A DNA stretch of 64,000 nt from a virus, in IMG/VR virus record IMGVR_UViG_3300010413_000016, positions 1 to 64,000 of that record, one strand, 5' to 3'. A program made the translations under genes and the position numbers. Position 1 is the first letter of the stretch, and the number at the start of each line of letters is the position of its first letter. The notes below the pieces were generated by a model. That model saw nothing but the letters and a program-made list of their open reading frames with translations, had not been told where the DNA came from and searched no databases. Shown in pieces: positions 10,358 through 20,782 of this stretch.

Positions 10358-11038
10358 ATGTCTGATACGCGCTACCAATGCGATTTTTGTGGGCAACGTT
10401 TTGTCCGTGAAGATAGATTTCTGAAGCACAAATGCAAACAAATGGAACGTGATGAACAGTTTCATTCTCAAGATGGCCAGACTGCATGGTCATACTATCA
10501 GAGTTGGATGAAAGCATACCGAAGAGTTGTACCAAGTCCGAAGTCTTTTCTTCACTCTAAATTCTTCAACGCTTTTTATCGCTTTGCGTTGTTTGTTAAA
10601 AGAGCTCAGATTCCAGATACGGACATATTCATTCGGCTGATGAGAGAAAAAGATATCTCGCCTGTTTTGTGGGATAATGATCAAGTATATGCTCTGTACT
10701 TAGAACATATCGATCGTCGCATGGGACCCATAAGACACGCTGAAATATCTATCAATACCTTATTCGACTTGGCGGATGATTCGAACGTGGATGTGTCTGA
10801 AGTATTTGAAACTATCACACCGAATCAGCTAATTCAGCTAATTCGTCAGCGCAAAATATCTCCTTGGATACTTCTTAACAGCTCGAAATTTAAAGAATTT
10901 TTTGTATCCAAGACAACTTCCGAAGAGAAAATCATTCTCGAATCGATCATTCGTCCACCTTATTGGAAAGAAAAGTTCCAGACCAAAACTAAGGAATTGA
11001 CAGCAATACGAAAGTATATCACAGAATTGCGGCTGTAA
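10358..11038 (+). CDS. Zn-finger-containing phage protein
   Basis: YQCDFCGQRF...FLKHKC. Confidence 0.65.
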   Translation: MSDTRYQCDFCGQRFVREDRFLKHKCKQMERDEQFHSQDGQTAWSYYQSWMKAYRRVVPSPKSFLHSKFFNAFYRFALFVKRAQIPDTDIFIRLMREKDISPVLWDNDQVYALYLEHIDRRMGPIRHAEISINTLFDLADDSNVDVSEVFETITPNQLIQLIRQRKISPWILLNSSKFKEFFVSKTTSEEKIILESIIRPPYWKEKFQTKTKELTAIRKYITELRL

Positions 11039-11092
11039 GTGTAGGGCAATCGACATAAATAGCTCATAGAATAGTACTACTATGGGTGAACT

Positions 11093-11761
11093 ATGTCCAA
11101 AACATTCATTATTAAACCAACATCAGGATCATCTGGTGCATTTACGATCAAACCAGGAGCCTTGGATGGTCCTGGTGGCCTCGAACGTCACACTGACTTA
11201 CGTTTGTATGGATTAGGCATACATGAGTGGGGTGATGGTGTAGGTGAAGATTTGTACCGCCTCCTTGAAAATTTTTCATGTCCTCAAAAAGAGAGTGGGG
11301 ATTATTATGCGCCTCGAGCTGCATATGATTATAATCCCAGCACAGATCCTGTCCAACCAAAATCCGAACATGATATAGCTCCAGGATACGGTATAACCAC
11401 ACCTGTTTTAGGCCAAAAGTGGTTCAATACCAGTCAAGACCGTACGTTTGTATACACCTCAACTGGATGGCTTCCTGAATCGGGAATCCACATGTCTATA
11501 TCATTCGATAACACTGGCGCAGTTCTAAAAACTACAGGTGGTGGTTCCGTTACTAGAAACGGAACTGGCGATTTTACTATTTCCTTTCCAAACGCTGGTA
11601 CCACTTTATATTCAATCTCAGGTTCAGGTAGTAGCAGTTCTTCGGATACTACAGTGACACCTGTAGATGGTACATTTGCCACCACTAGTGTTCGTGTACT
11701 GTTTAAAGCGGCTGGCATCGCATATGATCCACAGCAGGCGAGTGTGATTATCACTTTGTAA
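11093..11761 (+). CDS. Virion/baseplate-attached protein
   Basis: Shared module LYGxG...GE...LLENF...GQxWFN; late promoter upstream. Confidence 0.65.
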   Translation: MSKTFIIKPTSGSSGAFTIKPGALDGPGGLERHTDLRLYGLGIHEWGDGVGEDLYRLLENFSCPQKESGDYYAPRAAYDYNPSTDPVQPKSEHDIAPGYGITTPVLGQKWFNTSQDRTFVYTSTGWLPESGIHMSISFDNTGAVLKTTGGGSVTRNGTGDFTISFPNAGTTLYSISGSGSSSSSDTTVTPVDGTFATTSVRVLFKAAGIAYDPQQASVIITL

Positions 11762-11775
11762 GGTAAGAATTAACA

Positions 11776-13467
11776 ATGTCGAAAAAAATATTTACCGTCA
11801 ATTTTGTTGACCCTTCAAAAACTACAGTCGACTTAAGTCCATCAGCATTATCGGGTCCATCGGGTACCGCATCGCGCCGGTCTGATTTGGATTTGATGGG
11901 AATGGGGCACTCATTGTGGGGAGAGTACATTCTAAATGACATACTGCACTTACTAGAAAACTTCGCCTGTAGTGAAGATTTGCATAGTATCATTGCTGTA
12001 AGTACGGGCGCAGGAACACTGACATTCAGTGGTGATGTTACAAAAAGTTTCGTATCTGGCGAAACGTTTGAAATTATCAATTCTGACACAAACAATGGAA
12101 CGTGGACAGTTGCTAGTTTAAGTAGCTATAATGATGTAAGTGATGAGACGACAGTTACAGTTGTTGAAGCATTGAATGCAACATCAACTTATGGACAAGC
12201 GGGACAAGTTGGAATACCAAATAGATCTCTCTTTTATGGTCCTACTACTCCAACTGAAGGGCAAATTTGGTACAACCAAACTCGTCAGCAAGCATTTGTG
12301 TATAGAACTACAACAGGATCACCTATAACTGGATCATGGGATCGCATTAATGGACTAACAGTAGGTTCTACTCAACCAACAACCCCCTCACAAGGTGATC
12401 TGTGGTGGGACACGACAACTTATGCTGCAACTGCCAATGAGTATGGTCGTAATCTTAAAATATATGTGTCTGGAGCCTGGGTTCGTGTAGTTGAAAATTA
12501 TCTTCCACTTGATGGCAGCAAGACCGTACAAGGTAATATCAACATGGGTGGATTCCTAATTGAGAATGTTGGAAATCCGAACACCAGTGATGATGCTCTA
12601 AATCTAGGTTATGCTGATGGTAGATATGTCAACGTAACAGGCGACACGATGACAGGCATTCTCAATATGGGTGCAAACCGAATTGAGAATGTTGGAAATC
12701 CGAACACCAATGATGATGCTCTAAATCTAGGTTATGCTGATGGTAGATACGTCAACGTAACAGGCGATATAATGACAGGCATTCTCAATATGGGTGCAAA
12801 CCGAATTGAGAATCTAGCATCTCCTAATTCGAGTGATGATGCTCTAAATCTAGGTTATGCTGATGGTAGATATGTCAACGTAACAGGCGACACGATGACA
12901 GGATACCTAACTCTCAACGCTAATCCAACTGCAAATCTTCATTCTGCTACAAAACAGTATGTTGATACAGAAGTCAGCTCTGGCGTCGCTGGTGTAACTG
13001 ATCCCGTTCGAACACCAGGGTACAACGTTGAGGCTATTGCTTATAGTACTGGAAACTGGAACAGTGGCGATGAGGTGTTGTGGACAATTGCAACATTTAC
13101 GAGTGCAGCAACAGGCGATTTCATAGTCAGAGTTCGCTGTGCGGGATTTGCAGACAACCAATGGTTGTTATATAAGAACGCAACTCAGATAGCGTCAGTA
13201 TTTAATACACATAGTGGAACATGGACTTATGACCGATACCTGTCAGACAAAATTGTGTCTCTCGTTCCAGGTGACGTTCTAACTCTAAAGTTCAGAACCA
13301 AGTGGTCAGGATCATATGCAACTGGTGGATGGATTCATGTAATGTCTGACTACCTACCGTTGTCATCGATGTCCCATACGGGTACACAAAACATTGAAAC
13401 GATGGGTGGAAGGCTAGATGTTACACCACTTTCACCAGCTAATGAAAACAACACATTAACGTGGTAA
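11776..13467 (+). CDS. Tail fibre-like protein
   Basis: LLENF/EGQIWYN module, 41-aa repeats, ATKQYVD motif. Confidence 0.75.
   Translation: MSKKIFTVNFVDPSKTTVDLSPSALSGPSGTASRRSDLDLMGMGHSLWGEYILNDILHLLENFACSEDLHSIIAVSTGAGTLTFSGDVTKSFVSGETFEIINSDTNNGTWTVASLSSYNDVSDETTVTVVEALNATSTYGQAGQVGIPNRSLFYGPTTPTEGQIWYNQTRQQAFVYRTTTGSPITGSWDRINGLTVGSTQPTTPSQGDLWWDTTTYAATANEYGRNLKIYVSGAWVRVVENYLPLDGSKTVQGNINMGGFLIENVGNPNTSDDALNLGYADGRYVNVTGDTMTGILNMGANRIENVGNPNTNDDALNLGYADGRYVNVTGDIMTGILNMGANRIENLASPNSSDDALNLGYADGRYVNVTGDTMTGYLTLNANPTANLHSATKQYVDTEVSSGVAGVTDPVRTPGYNVEAIAYSTGNWNSGDEVLWTIATFTSAATGDFIVRVRCAGFADNQWLLYKNATQIASVFNTHSGTWTYDRYLSDKIVSLVPGDVLTLKFRTKWSGSYATGGWIHVMSDYLPLSSMSHTGTQNIETMGGRLDVTPLSPANENNTLTW
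12558..12902 (+). repeat. Tandem 123-bp (41-aa) repeat, about 2.8 copies
   Basis: Units start at 12558, 12681 and 12804; near-identical DNA. Confidence 0.95.
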
Positions 13468-13478
13468 AAGGTAACAAC

Positions 13479-14054
13479 ATGACATATTACATTCTTTTGA
13501 CACCCAGAAACCAAGTGGTCGACGTAGTAGAAACGTCAAACGGTAACTTGCCACCTGACGCAGTTGAAATATCTCAGGAGCAGTTTGAACTCTTGAATAG
13601 TGAACCAACAGTACAATATGAATACGTGTCTGGTGAAGTACAAAAAAGCATATATGCTGATGTTGCTCAAAAGGTAAATGCTGCAATTTCGGACGCATCA
13701 GAAACATGCAAACACCAAATTATCAACAACTTTACTTCGTCCGTATTGGGGTCTGAACATCAATACAAGAATACACTTGAAGATCAAGTAAATCTGATGG
13801 ACTTAAATTCAAATGGTATTGGAGCAGATATTAAGTGCGTTGATATTGAAGCGAAAACTGATTTTGCTTTTAAGCGCCATACGGCAGAACAGGTATCTCA
13901 GCTATATGTTGAGATGACACAACACAAATTTACATGCCTCAAAAATTTTAGCGACATCAAAGAACGACTAATTAGTATCCAAGATGAGTATCACTCTTCG
14001 GTGGAGGACGCTGAGATTTTAATAGACGAGACGTTGGCTACACAAAGACGATAA
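13479..14054 (+). CDS. Tail fibre assembly-like protein (DUF4376-like)
   Basis: FTSSVLGSEHQY...DQVNL...RHTAEQV; directly follows the fibre gene. Confidence 0.6.
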   Translation: MTYYILLTPRNQVVDVVETSNGNLPPDAVEISQEQFELLNSEPTVQYEYVSGEVQKSIYADVAQKVNAAISDASETCKHQIINNFTSSVLGSEHQYKNTLEDQVNLMDLNSNGIGADIKCVDIEAKTDFAFKRHTAEQVSQLYVEMTQHKFTCLKNFSDIKERLISIQDEYHSSVEDAEILIDETLATQRR

Positions 14055-14083
14055 ATAAAAGAATACACTAACCGGAAAAACGA

Positions 14084-16267
14084 ATGGCTGCTTTACAATA
14101 TACTATCAAGTTTACAGATACTGCAAAGAATGAGTTTGTAGTAACACCTTATGGTGCTGATGGACCAAGAAGTCCTACAAATCCGTTGCTTATCGATCAT
14201 GCTGTCCGTGCAAGTACGACACTTAAGTTATATGGTAAGGGCACGCCCAACTATGGTGAAGGTTTCGAGCAGAATATGGTATACATGCTTGAGAACTTTG
14301 CTGGTGGATCCGCACCCGTATACCCTATAGAGGGCCAACTTTGGTATAACAACGGTAGCAGCGGAAGCCCTCTGTTGCCAGCGGAAATGTTCGTTTATAA
14401 TGGAGGGAGTAGTTGGGATGCGGTGATGCTATCAACTGGTACATCTCCAATGACAGGCCCTTTGACACTATCTGGTAATCCAACAAGTAATTTGCATGCA
14501 GCTCCGAAACAATACGTTGATTTAGTAGGAACCTCTCTTTCTGCCCACATATCAGATACAACAGTTCACTTGACAAGTGACCAAAATGTTCTTCTTGATG
14601 GTTTAAATTTACCAGCATTATCAGCAGCAAACATTAACACTCTAGTAGGGGTAAGTACTGCACAGCCACTACAAACGCAAATTGATAGTAAAATAGGTCG
14701 CGCTGGGGACACGATGGATTTAAACGCTGACTTAACATTTAATGGTGGTGAGCCTAGAGGACTTCCATTTACCCCAACAGCTGGTGATGCTGCTGCTTCA
14801 AAAAATTATGTCGATAATCAACTTGGTAGTGGAGCAGGTGGTGACGGTGTGCTTACATCAACAGCATGGGTAGCTGGACAAGGAACAGTTGGTAGCGTAA
14901 ATGATAACATCCTCCAACTAACTGTCACATATCCACATGGCTCTCCTAACTATACAGTTTTTCAAATAGATGGGATATCACGTTATGGCCACGGTCATAC
15001 TGCTAGTGAAATAACATTCGATAATTCCGTTCTAACTTTATACCCAGCAGACATGCAAGGTGTTGTGGAGTATGTTGATACAGTATTAGATACAAAAGCA
15101 CCAACAAATAGCCCTACATTTAATGGTGGTGTCACAATCAATGGTATCTTAACACTTAGTCAAAATCCATCAACGGATTATGAAGCAGCTACAAAACAAT
15201 ATGTCGATAGTGTTGTTGGTGGCATTACGCAACCAAACGCTGTTGTTGATATTTCTCGAGAACTGCAATTCACTCCAGGTGGGTCACCACTAAGTAACAT
15301 ATACCAGGTTCCACAATTTGTTGCAGACTCTAATTCTCTCTTTGTTTACATTAACGGTATCAAACAATATTGTAACACATACGGAGGTTACCAAGAAGCA
15401 ACATTCGACTCAAATATCATATACGTTGATAGTTTATCCGTAACGAGTATGGATAATTCCATTCCATATCATTTTAATCTTACTGTTGATGGTGTTGGTC
15501 CTACATTAGTTACAATTCCTGCGTTGTCCTCTATTTCAACGTTTGGTAGTTTTGTGAGCACACTTACGACTAGAATACAAGCAGCTGGATTTAATGCTGG
15601 TGCTGAGATTATTAATACATCAACAATAGCAATTCGCTCATACAACTCAGGTAGTACAGCAGCAATCTCAATTACAGATCCAAATACAGGGTCTCCGTTA
15701 TTGTATAACTATTTGTTCAACATTCCATCACCTGTTTCTATTGTACGGCCTGAATTTGTTGGTGATTTCTCAAATCCTGATTCAGCATTCTGGACACCAG
15801 ACCATATAGTTATATCTGGAAACGTTACAGCTGATTTTCCTGTCGGTAAACAATTTACCATCAGAAACTCTAGCACTGATTATGGTTCATATGATGGAAT
15901 TTATACTGTGTATACATCAGGTGCTACATATAGTAGTGGACCAAACGAAACAACTATTCCAGTTGCTATTGCTGATAATTCAGCAATACCTTCGCAACTC
16001 CTTACAACATATAGTCCATGGCTTGGATCGCCAGTACCACCTGCACCAGTCGTATCAAATGCTGGAGTTGTTTATTTGACTTACATTGGAGGATTAACTA
16101 GTTTGGGAACTCCTTCAGTTGGTATAGATGGAGATTACAGAGAAATTGTGTACGTTGGATCTCCAAGTGTACCTGCACAGGCTGCACCTGGAACATCTTC
16201 AACGTGGATCGAATTCAATTATGACATTCCTGCCAATTCGAGAATGGAAGTCAATGTTTTTAACTAA
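14084..16267 (+). CDS. Tail/baseplate structural protein
   Basis: YGE...MLENF...EGQLWYN module; AAPKQYVD, AASKNYVD and AATKQYVD repeats. Confidence 0.75.
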   Translation: MAALQYTIKFTDTAKNEFVVTPYGADGPRSPTNPLLIDHAVRASTTLKLYGKGTPNYGEGFEQNMVYMLENFAGGSAPVYPIEGQLWYNNGSSGSPLLPAEMFVYNGGSSWDAVMLSTGTSPMTGPLTLSGNPTSNLHAAPKQYVDLVGTSLSAHISDTTVHLTSDQNVLLDGLNLPALSAANINTLVGVSTAQPLQTQIDSKIGRAGDTMDLNADLTFNGGEPRGLPFTPTAGDAAASKNYVDNQLGSGAGGDGVLTSTAWVAGQGTVGSVNDNILQLTVTYPHGSPNYTVFQIDGISRYGHGHTASEITFDNSVLTLYPADMQGVVEYVDTVLDTKAPTNSPTFNGGVTINGILTLSQNPSTDYEAATKQYVDSVVGGITQPNAVVDISRELQFTPGGSPLSNIYQVPQFVADSNSLFVYINGIKQYCNTYGGYQEATFDSNIIYVDSLSVTSMDNSIPYHFNLTVDGVGPTLVTIPALSSISTFGSFVSTLTTRIQAAGFNAGAEIINTSTIAIRSYNSGSTAAISITDPNTGSPLLYNYLFNIPSPVSIVRPEFVGDFSNPDSAFWTPDHIVISGNVTADFPVGKQFTIRNSSTDYGSYDGIYTVYTSGATYSSGPNETTIPVAIADNSAIPSQLLTTYSPWLGSPVPPAPVVSNAGVVYLTYIGGLTSLGTPSVGIDGDYREIVYVGSPSVPAQAAPGTSSTWIEFNYDIPANSRMEVNVFN

Positions 16268-16285
16268 TTTATAAGAGATTGCTAA

Positions 16286-18232
16286 ATGGCTAACAAATAC
16301 ACAATTATATTATCTGATGGTGCGACGCAGTTTAATGTATATGACCACGAACAAAACGGCCCCGGAAACATATCTACTGGACGCTTCATTGGGGTTGTTA
16401 ATTTAACTGGCGGTGCCGGATCAAACTATTTTGAACTTGAAGATGATTTAACTTATCGCTTCGTTGCTGGATTCACTTTTACAGTTTCAGGATCAGGAAC
16501 TCCATCAGTCAACAATGACGGAACGTATACGGTTGCCCCAGCTGGATCAACTTATAATGCGGTGACAAGAAGAACTTCGATCCCTGTGGTTGAAGCAATT
16601 ACAACAGCCGGTCTGCCTTATGGTCAAATAACATATTCGATCCCAACAACCGAAGAAGCCACATCTCTGTTAATTCCTGGTCGTGGAACTTTAAATTATG
16701 GCGAAAATCACATTAGTAACTTGGTGCATATATTAGAGAATTTCTCTAACACATCAGCTCCAACAAACCCTATAGAAGGTCAACATTGGTTTAATCCTAT
16801 AGATCGATCGACTAGCACATATAAAGAAATTCCAAATTCCCCAGGAAATTATGAGTGGATACCTGATAATCTAGTATCTCAAGTTACTCACGAACCTACT
16901 GGTTTTCCTAACCGCACCGACTCCATTTTTTCTTTTGTGGACGGTACTGGTGTATTCTCTATTCATCCAACAGGCACAAGTTACGATTACTACATTGCAG
17001 GCGTAAAATATACTGAAACGGGTACCAAAAACATATCAATATCCGATGTTGAAGGATTGCATTTTGTTTACTTCGATAGCACTCAAACGCTGCAAGAAAT
17101 AGTATCTTTTGATGTTAACACATTGTTTAGAAATGGTGCTTTTATTGCAGTAATTTACTGGGACGCAACAAATAAACGAGCTGTTTATCTTGGTGAAGAA
17201 CGTCACAGTATCATCATGGATGGCGATACTCACTATCACCTTCACACAACCTTGGGCACGCAGTACATGTCAGGGTTGGGAATATCAAACATCAATACCG
17301 CTGGAACGGGTGCTAATAACACAGATGTTCAATTTGGAGTAGATAATGGCGTTATTCGTGATGAGGACATCATTCTTGATATTGCAACAGGTACCCCTCA
17401 AGTACTAACTCCTTATGCTTATATTCCAGTCTTCTATCGTTCTGGAGCAAATGGTGTTTGGAGACTCAAAGATGCAGACGCTTATCCATTAATCTACAAT
17501 GGAACAGCAGGCTGGGGTGGTGGTAGTCCACAAGCACGTCCACCTTACAACGCATTGGTTGGATCACCAGCGGTATGGAGTTTGGTTGAAGTACCCGAAG
17601 GTGATTATCTGTTGATGCATTATCTTGCTACCAACGATGTTAATCATCCAATAATCGGTATTCAAGGTCAGAATTCATATGTTGATATCACGAGCGCTAG
17701 AGATGGTGCAAATAACGAATTAAATACACTAACGGGATTACCTTTCCAAGAATTTACGCCAATCGCTTCCATCATATTTCAATGTAGTTCATTCTATACT
17801 AATGTACCACACGCAAGAATTCAACCTGCTGCTGGTGGTGATTATGTTGACTGGAGATCAGTAGAAAACTTTGTTGTTGGAGCTGTTCCAACTCAACACG
17901 GGAACTTAGGCGGACTATTAAAAGATGATCACCCTCAGTATCTCAACACCACTAGAGGTGATGCTAGGTACTACACACAATCACAAGTTGATCAAGCTAT
18001 AATTCCTGACTACGATCTTCAAGCAGGAACTGGTACCGCAAGTTATACAACGTCATTTACCTTTAGCTCTCCAACATTGGGAACTGCAACATTGCAGGTT
18101 TTTGTTAATGGTGTTAAACAAGTGGAAGGTGGTGCCAAGGCATATGTTTCGACTGCACCAAATACAGTTACATTTAATGCTGGTGCAATTCCAGTGGCAG
18201 GTGATGATGTTGAATTCTACGGATTCGGCTAA
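16286..18232 (+). CDS. Tail/baseplate structural protein
   Basis: ILENF/EGQHWFN module; large domain shared with the next gene. Confidence 0.72.
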   Translation: MANKYTIILSDGATQFNVYDHEQNGPGNISTGRFIGVVNLTGGAGSNYFELEDDLTYRFVAGFTFTVSGSGTPSVNNDGTYTVAPAGSTYNAVTRRTSIPVVEAITTAGLPYGQITYSIPTTEEATSLLIPGRGTLNYGENHISNLVHILENFSNTSAPTNPIEGQHWFNPIDRSTSTYKEIPNSPGNYEWIPDNLVSQVTHEPTGFPNRTDSIFSFVDGTGVFSIHPTGTSYDYYIAGVKYTETGTKNISISDVEGLHFVYFDSTQTLQEIVSFDVNTLFRNGAFIAVIYWDATNKRAVYLGEERHSIIMDGDTHYHLHTTLGTQYMSGLGISNINTAGTGANNTDVQFGVDNGVIRDEDIILDIATGTPQVLTPYAYIPVFYRSGANGVWRLKDADAYPLIYNGTAGWGGGSPQARPPYNALVGSPAVWSLVEVPEGDYLLMHYLATNDVNHPIIGIQGQNSYVDITSARDGANNELNTLTGLPFQEFTPIASIIFQCSSFYTNVPHARIQPAAGGDYVDWRSVENFVVGAVPTQHGNLGGLLKDDHPQYLNTTRGDARYYTQSQVDQAIIPDYDLQAGTGTASYTTSFTFSSPTLGTATLQVFVNGVKQVEGGAKAYVSTAPNTVTFNAGAIPVAGDDVEFYGFG

Positions 18233-18257
18233 TTGATATATTAAGGACATTATAAGA

Positions 18258-20741
18258 ATGGTTAAAAAGACGTACCCAATTAAATCCGACCAATTAGACG
18301 TCGGTACATCTCAAGGTCAAATTCCTGTACTGGGAGCAGGTGGGTCACTACCAGCTGGCATTCCTGTGGATTCATCTAGTGTTACTTACAACAATACAAC
18401 ATCGAAACTAAATGCAACTCAACTGCAGGCACTCGGTGATGAGATGGCTAAACTACACGATAATACGCTTGATCCTACTGGCATCATCACACGTGGTGAC
18501 AATACGTTAACGTTCGATGATGTTACTCGCACGGTCACGTTGGCTCCAACTGGAACCAGTTTCAGTTATTACATCCACGGCATTGAGTATGTTGTTACTA
18601 GTCCTCTCACGCTCGTTATTCCTGACGTCGAAGGAATGTACTTTGTATACATTGACGTTGATGGGGCACTCCATTCAACGTCAATTTTCTCAGTAGACAT
18701 CATATTAAATTTTGCGTATGTATCTGCAATATATTGGGATGCGACAAACAAAACTGGGGTATATGTGGCTGATGAACGCCATGGGATAACGATGGACGGA
18801 CAAACTCACATGCACCTTCACTTATCCCTTGGAACACAATACATTTCAGGGTTCGGGTTGAGCAATTTTGTCATTGATGGTAATGGGACACTTGCAACGC
18901 AAGCACAATTTGGGGCTGATAACGGTATCATCCGTGACGAAGATCTGCAACACACAATAACAAGTGGAAGTCCACAAACACTATACCCTATAGCGCAAGT
19001 TCCAATCATGTGGCGTTCTGGTGCAAATGGTAATTGGAGAATTAAGGCAGCTGACTCATATCCAATTATCTACAGTGGAGATAGCTCTGGGTATGTTGGA
19101 GCAAGTGGTCTATTACCATACAACCAGTGGACTGGTACTACGTGGCAACTGACACAATTAGCTGATGCGGATCATGTATTGGTTCACTACTTTGCGACAA
19201 ACGATATTAACCATCCGTTTGTCGGTATCCATGGTATCAATAAATACGCTACCATAACACTTGCAAGAGCTGGTGCAAATGAAGAATTATCGTCGCTATC
19301 AGGCCTACCTTTCCAGGAATTTGTACCAATCGGTACCGTAATATTCCAAACAGATCTAGCGTTCACAAACACCCCTAAAGCTGCAGTAAGATCGACCGAT
19401 CTTGGCACATCGTACGTGGATTGGAGAAATAGTGCACAATTTTCTTCTGTTGGGATTTTCACTGATCATGGAAATTTGAGTGGTCTTTCTGACGACGATC
19501 ATATTCAATACCACAACGATGCTCGCGGTGACGCTCGTTACTATACGCAAAGTCAATTAAACACAAGAATCAATCACCCATCAACAGGTGTGTTTTCTGG
19601 TGGTAACGTAACGTTGGGGACTGGAACTGGTTCTCCGGTTACAACAAACAAATTTTCAATAGCTGCAGGGGTTGGTTTGATAGTCGATAACGTTACCAAT
19701 CCTCAAAATCCAACATATCAAGTTGTAAGTTGGCCTGCTTATAATGACGTTACGGTTACAAATATTGCTACCACCGATAAAACTGTCGTAGGTATTACTA
19801 GTGCAGGGACTGTATTCCAACAATCAACGAGTGCTTCACCACAAGATCATAGAACGAAAATAGTTTTAGGAACGTTAGCTCACTTTAATCACACAAGCAT
19901 CGAAGGGATAAGAAGCGACGGTCATCCTGTGTATGATATCAACGCTCGATTTAATGATTTTGGACATTCGGTGGGTGCATTTAACATATCTGGAAACGTG
20001 TATGGAGCTGATGGAGCATCACTATCTATAACAAAATCTGCAGGCACGAGTTATCAGGTTGGTTCAAACTTTATAGTTGATGCATACTCTCCAGATATTA
20101 CAACAGATCCTGCTGCGTCCCCTGTTAATTTCAGATACAGTTATCGAAATGGGTCAGGTGGGTATACGGAAACAACATCTACAACATTGATCGATCCAGG
20201 CCATTATGACAATGGGACTGGCACACTCGCAACTGTGTCCACAAACTCATGGACCGCTCAAATAATATCATATTTCCCTGGGGCAGACCAACACCGTATA
20301 CAATATGGACAAAAAGTCTTTGCGTCTTCATCAGATGCTTTAGCTGCCGTACCATACATATCGCATCAACACAATCCAATATTATATGAAGAAGGCATTA
20401 TTAGAGGGTATTTGATTGTACGTGGGAATGCCACGAATCTGACGTTGACAACAGATGCTGTCTTCGTCGAAGCTGCAAAGTTCTCGGGCGCTGGCGGAAC
20501 GATACCACCACTGACAGGTCACGCGTATGACTTACAAACGGCTGGTGCAAGCCAATCTATATTCACAACTGCATTCACATTTGCTCCAACTGCAAACGGT
20601 CGAACCTATTTGTCAGTGTACGTCAATCGAACAAAGCAGATAGAAGGAGGTAGTTACGACTATACAGTGACAGGAACAAACCAAATAACGTTTGTCACCC
20701 CTCTGACCGGTGGAGAAGTTGTCGAATTTTATGGGTTGTGA
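18258..20741 (+). CDS. Tail fibre/structural protein
   Basis: Central domain paralogous to 16286; DHGNLSGL..DDHIQY; shared C-terminal VEFYG domain. Confidence 0.72.
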   Translation: MVKKTYPIKSDQLDVGTSQGQIPVLGAGGSLPAGIPVDSSSVTYNNTTSKLNATQLQALGDEMAKLHDNTLDPTGIITRGDNTLTFDDVTRTVTLAPTGTSFSYYIHGIEYVVTSPLTLVIPDVEGMYFVYIDVDGALHSTSIFSVDIILNFAYVSAIYWDATNKTGVYVADERHGITMDGQTHMHLHLSLGTQYISGFGLSNFVIDGNGTLATQAQFGADNGIIRDEDLQHTITSGSPQTLYPIAQVPIMWRSGANGNWRIKAADSYPIIYSGDSSGYVGASGLLPYNQWTGTTWQLTQLADADHVLVHYFATNDINHPFVGIHGINKYATITLARAGANEELSSLSGLPFQEFVPIGTVIFQTDLAFTNTPKAAVRSTDLGTSYVDWRNSAQFSSVGIFTDHGNLSGLSDDDHIQYHNDARGDARYYTQSQLNTRINHPSTGVFSGGNVTLGTGTGSPVTTNKFSIAAGVGLIVDNVTNPQNPTYQVVSWPAYNDVTVTNIATTDKTVVGITSAGTVFQQSTSASPQDHRTKIVLGTLAHFNHTSIEGIRSDGHPVYDINARFNDFGHSVGAFNISGNVYGADGASLSITKSAGTSYQVGSNFIVDAYSPDITTDPAASPVNFRYSYRNGSGGYTETTSTTLIDPGHYDNGTGTLATVSTNSWTAQIISYFPGADQHRIQYGQKVFASSSDALAAVPYISHQHNPILYEEGIIRGYLIVRGNATNLTLTTDAVFVEAAKFSGAGGTIPPLTGHAYDLQTAGASQSIFTTAFTFAPTANGRTYLSVYVNRTKQIEGGSYDYTVTGTNQITFVTPLTGGEVVEFYGL

Positions 20742-20782
20742 TATAATGGAGATATAACAACCCCCTACGTGGCTCATACCTT

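Noticed and set aside
16286-20741. Diversity-generating retroelement targeting tail genes
   Set aside because: No reverse transcriptase, and no template/variable repeat pair differing mainly at adenines
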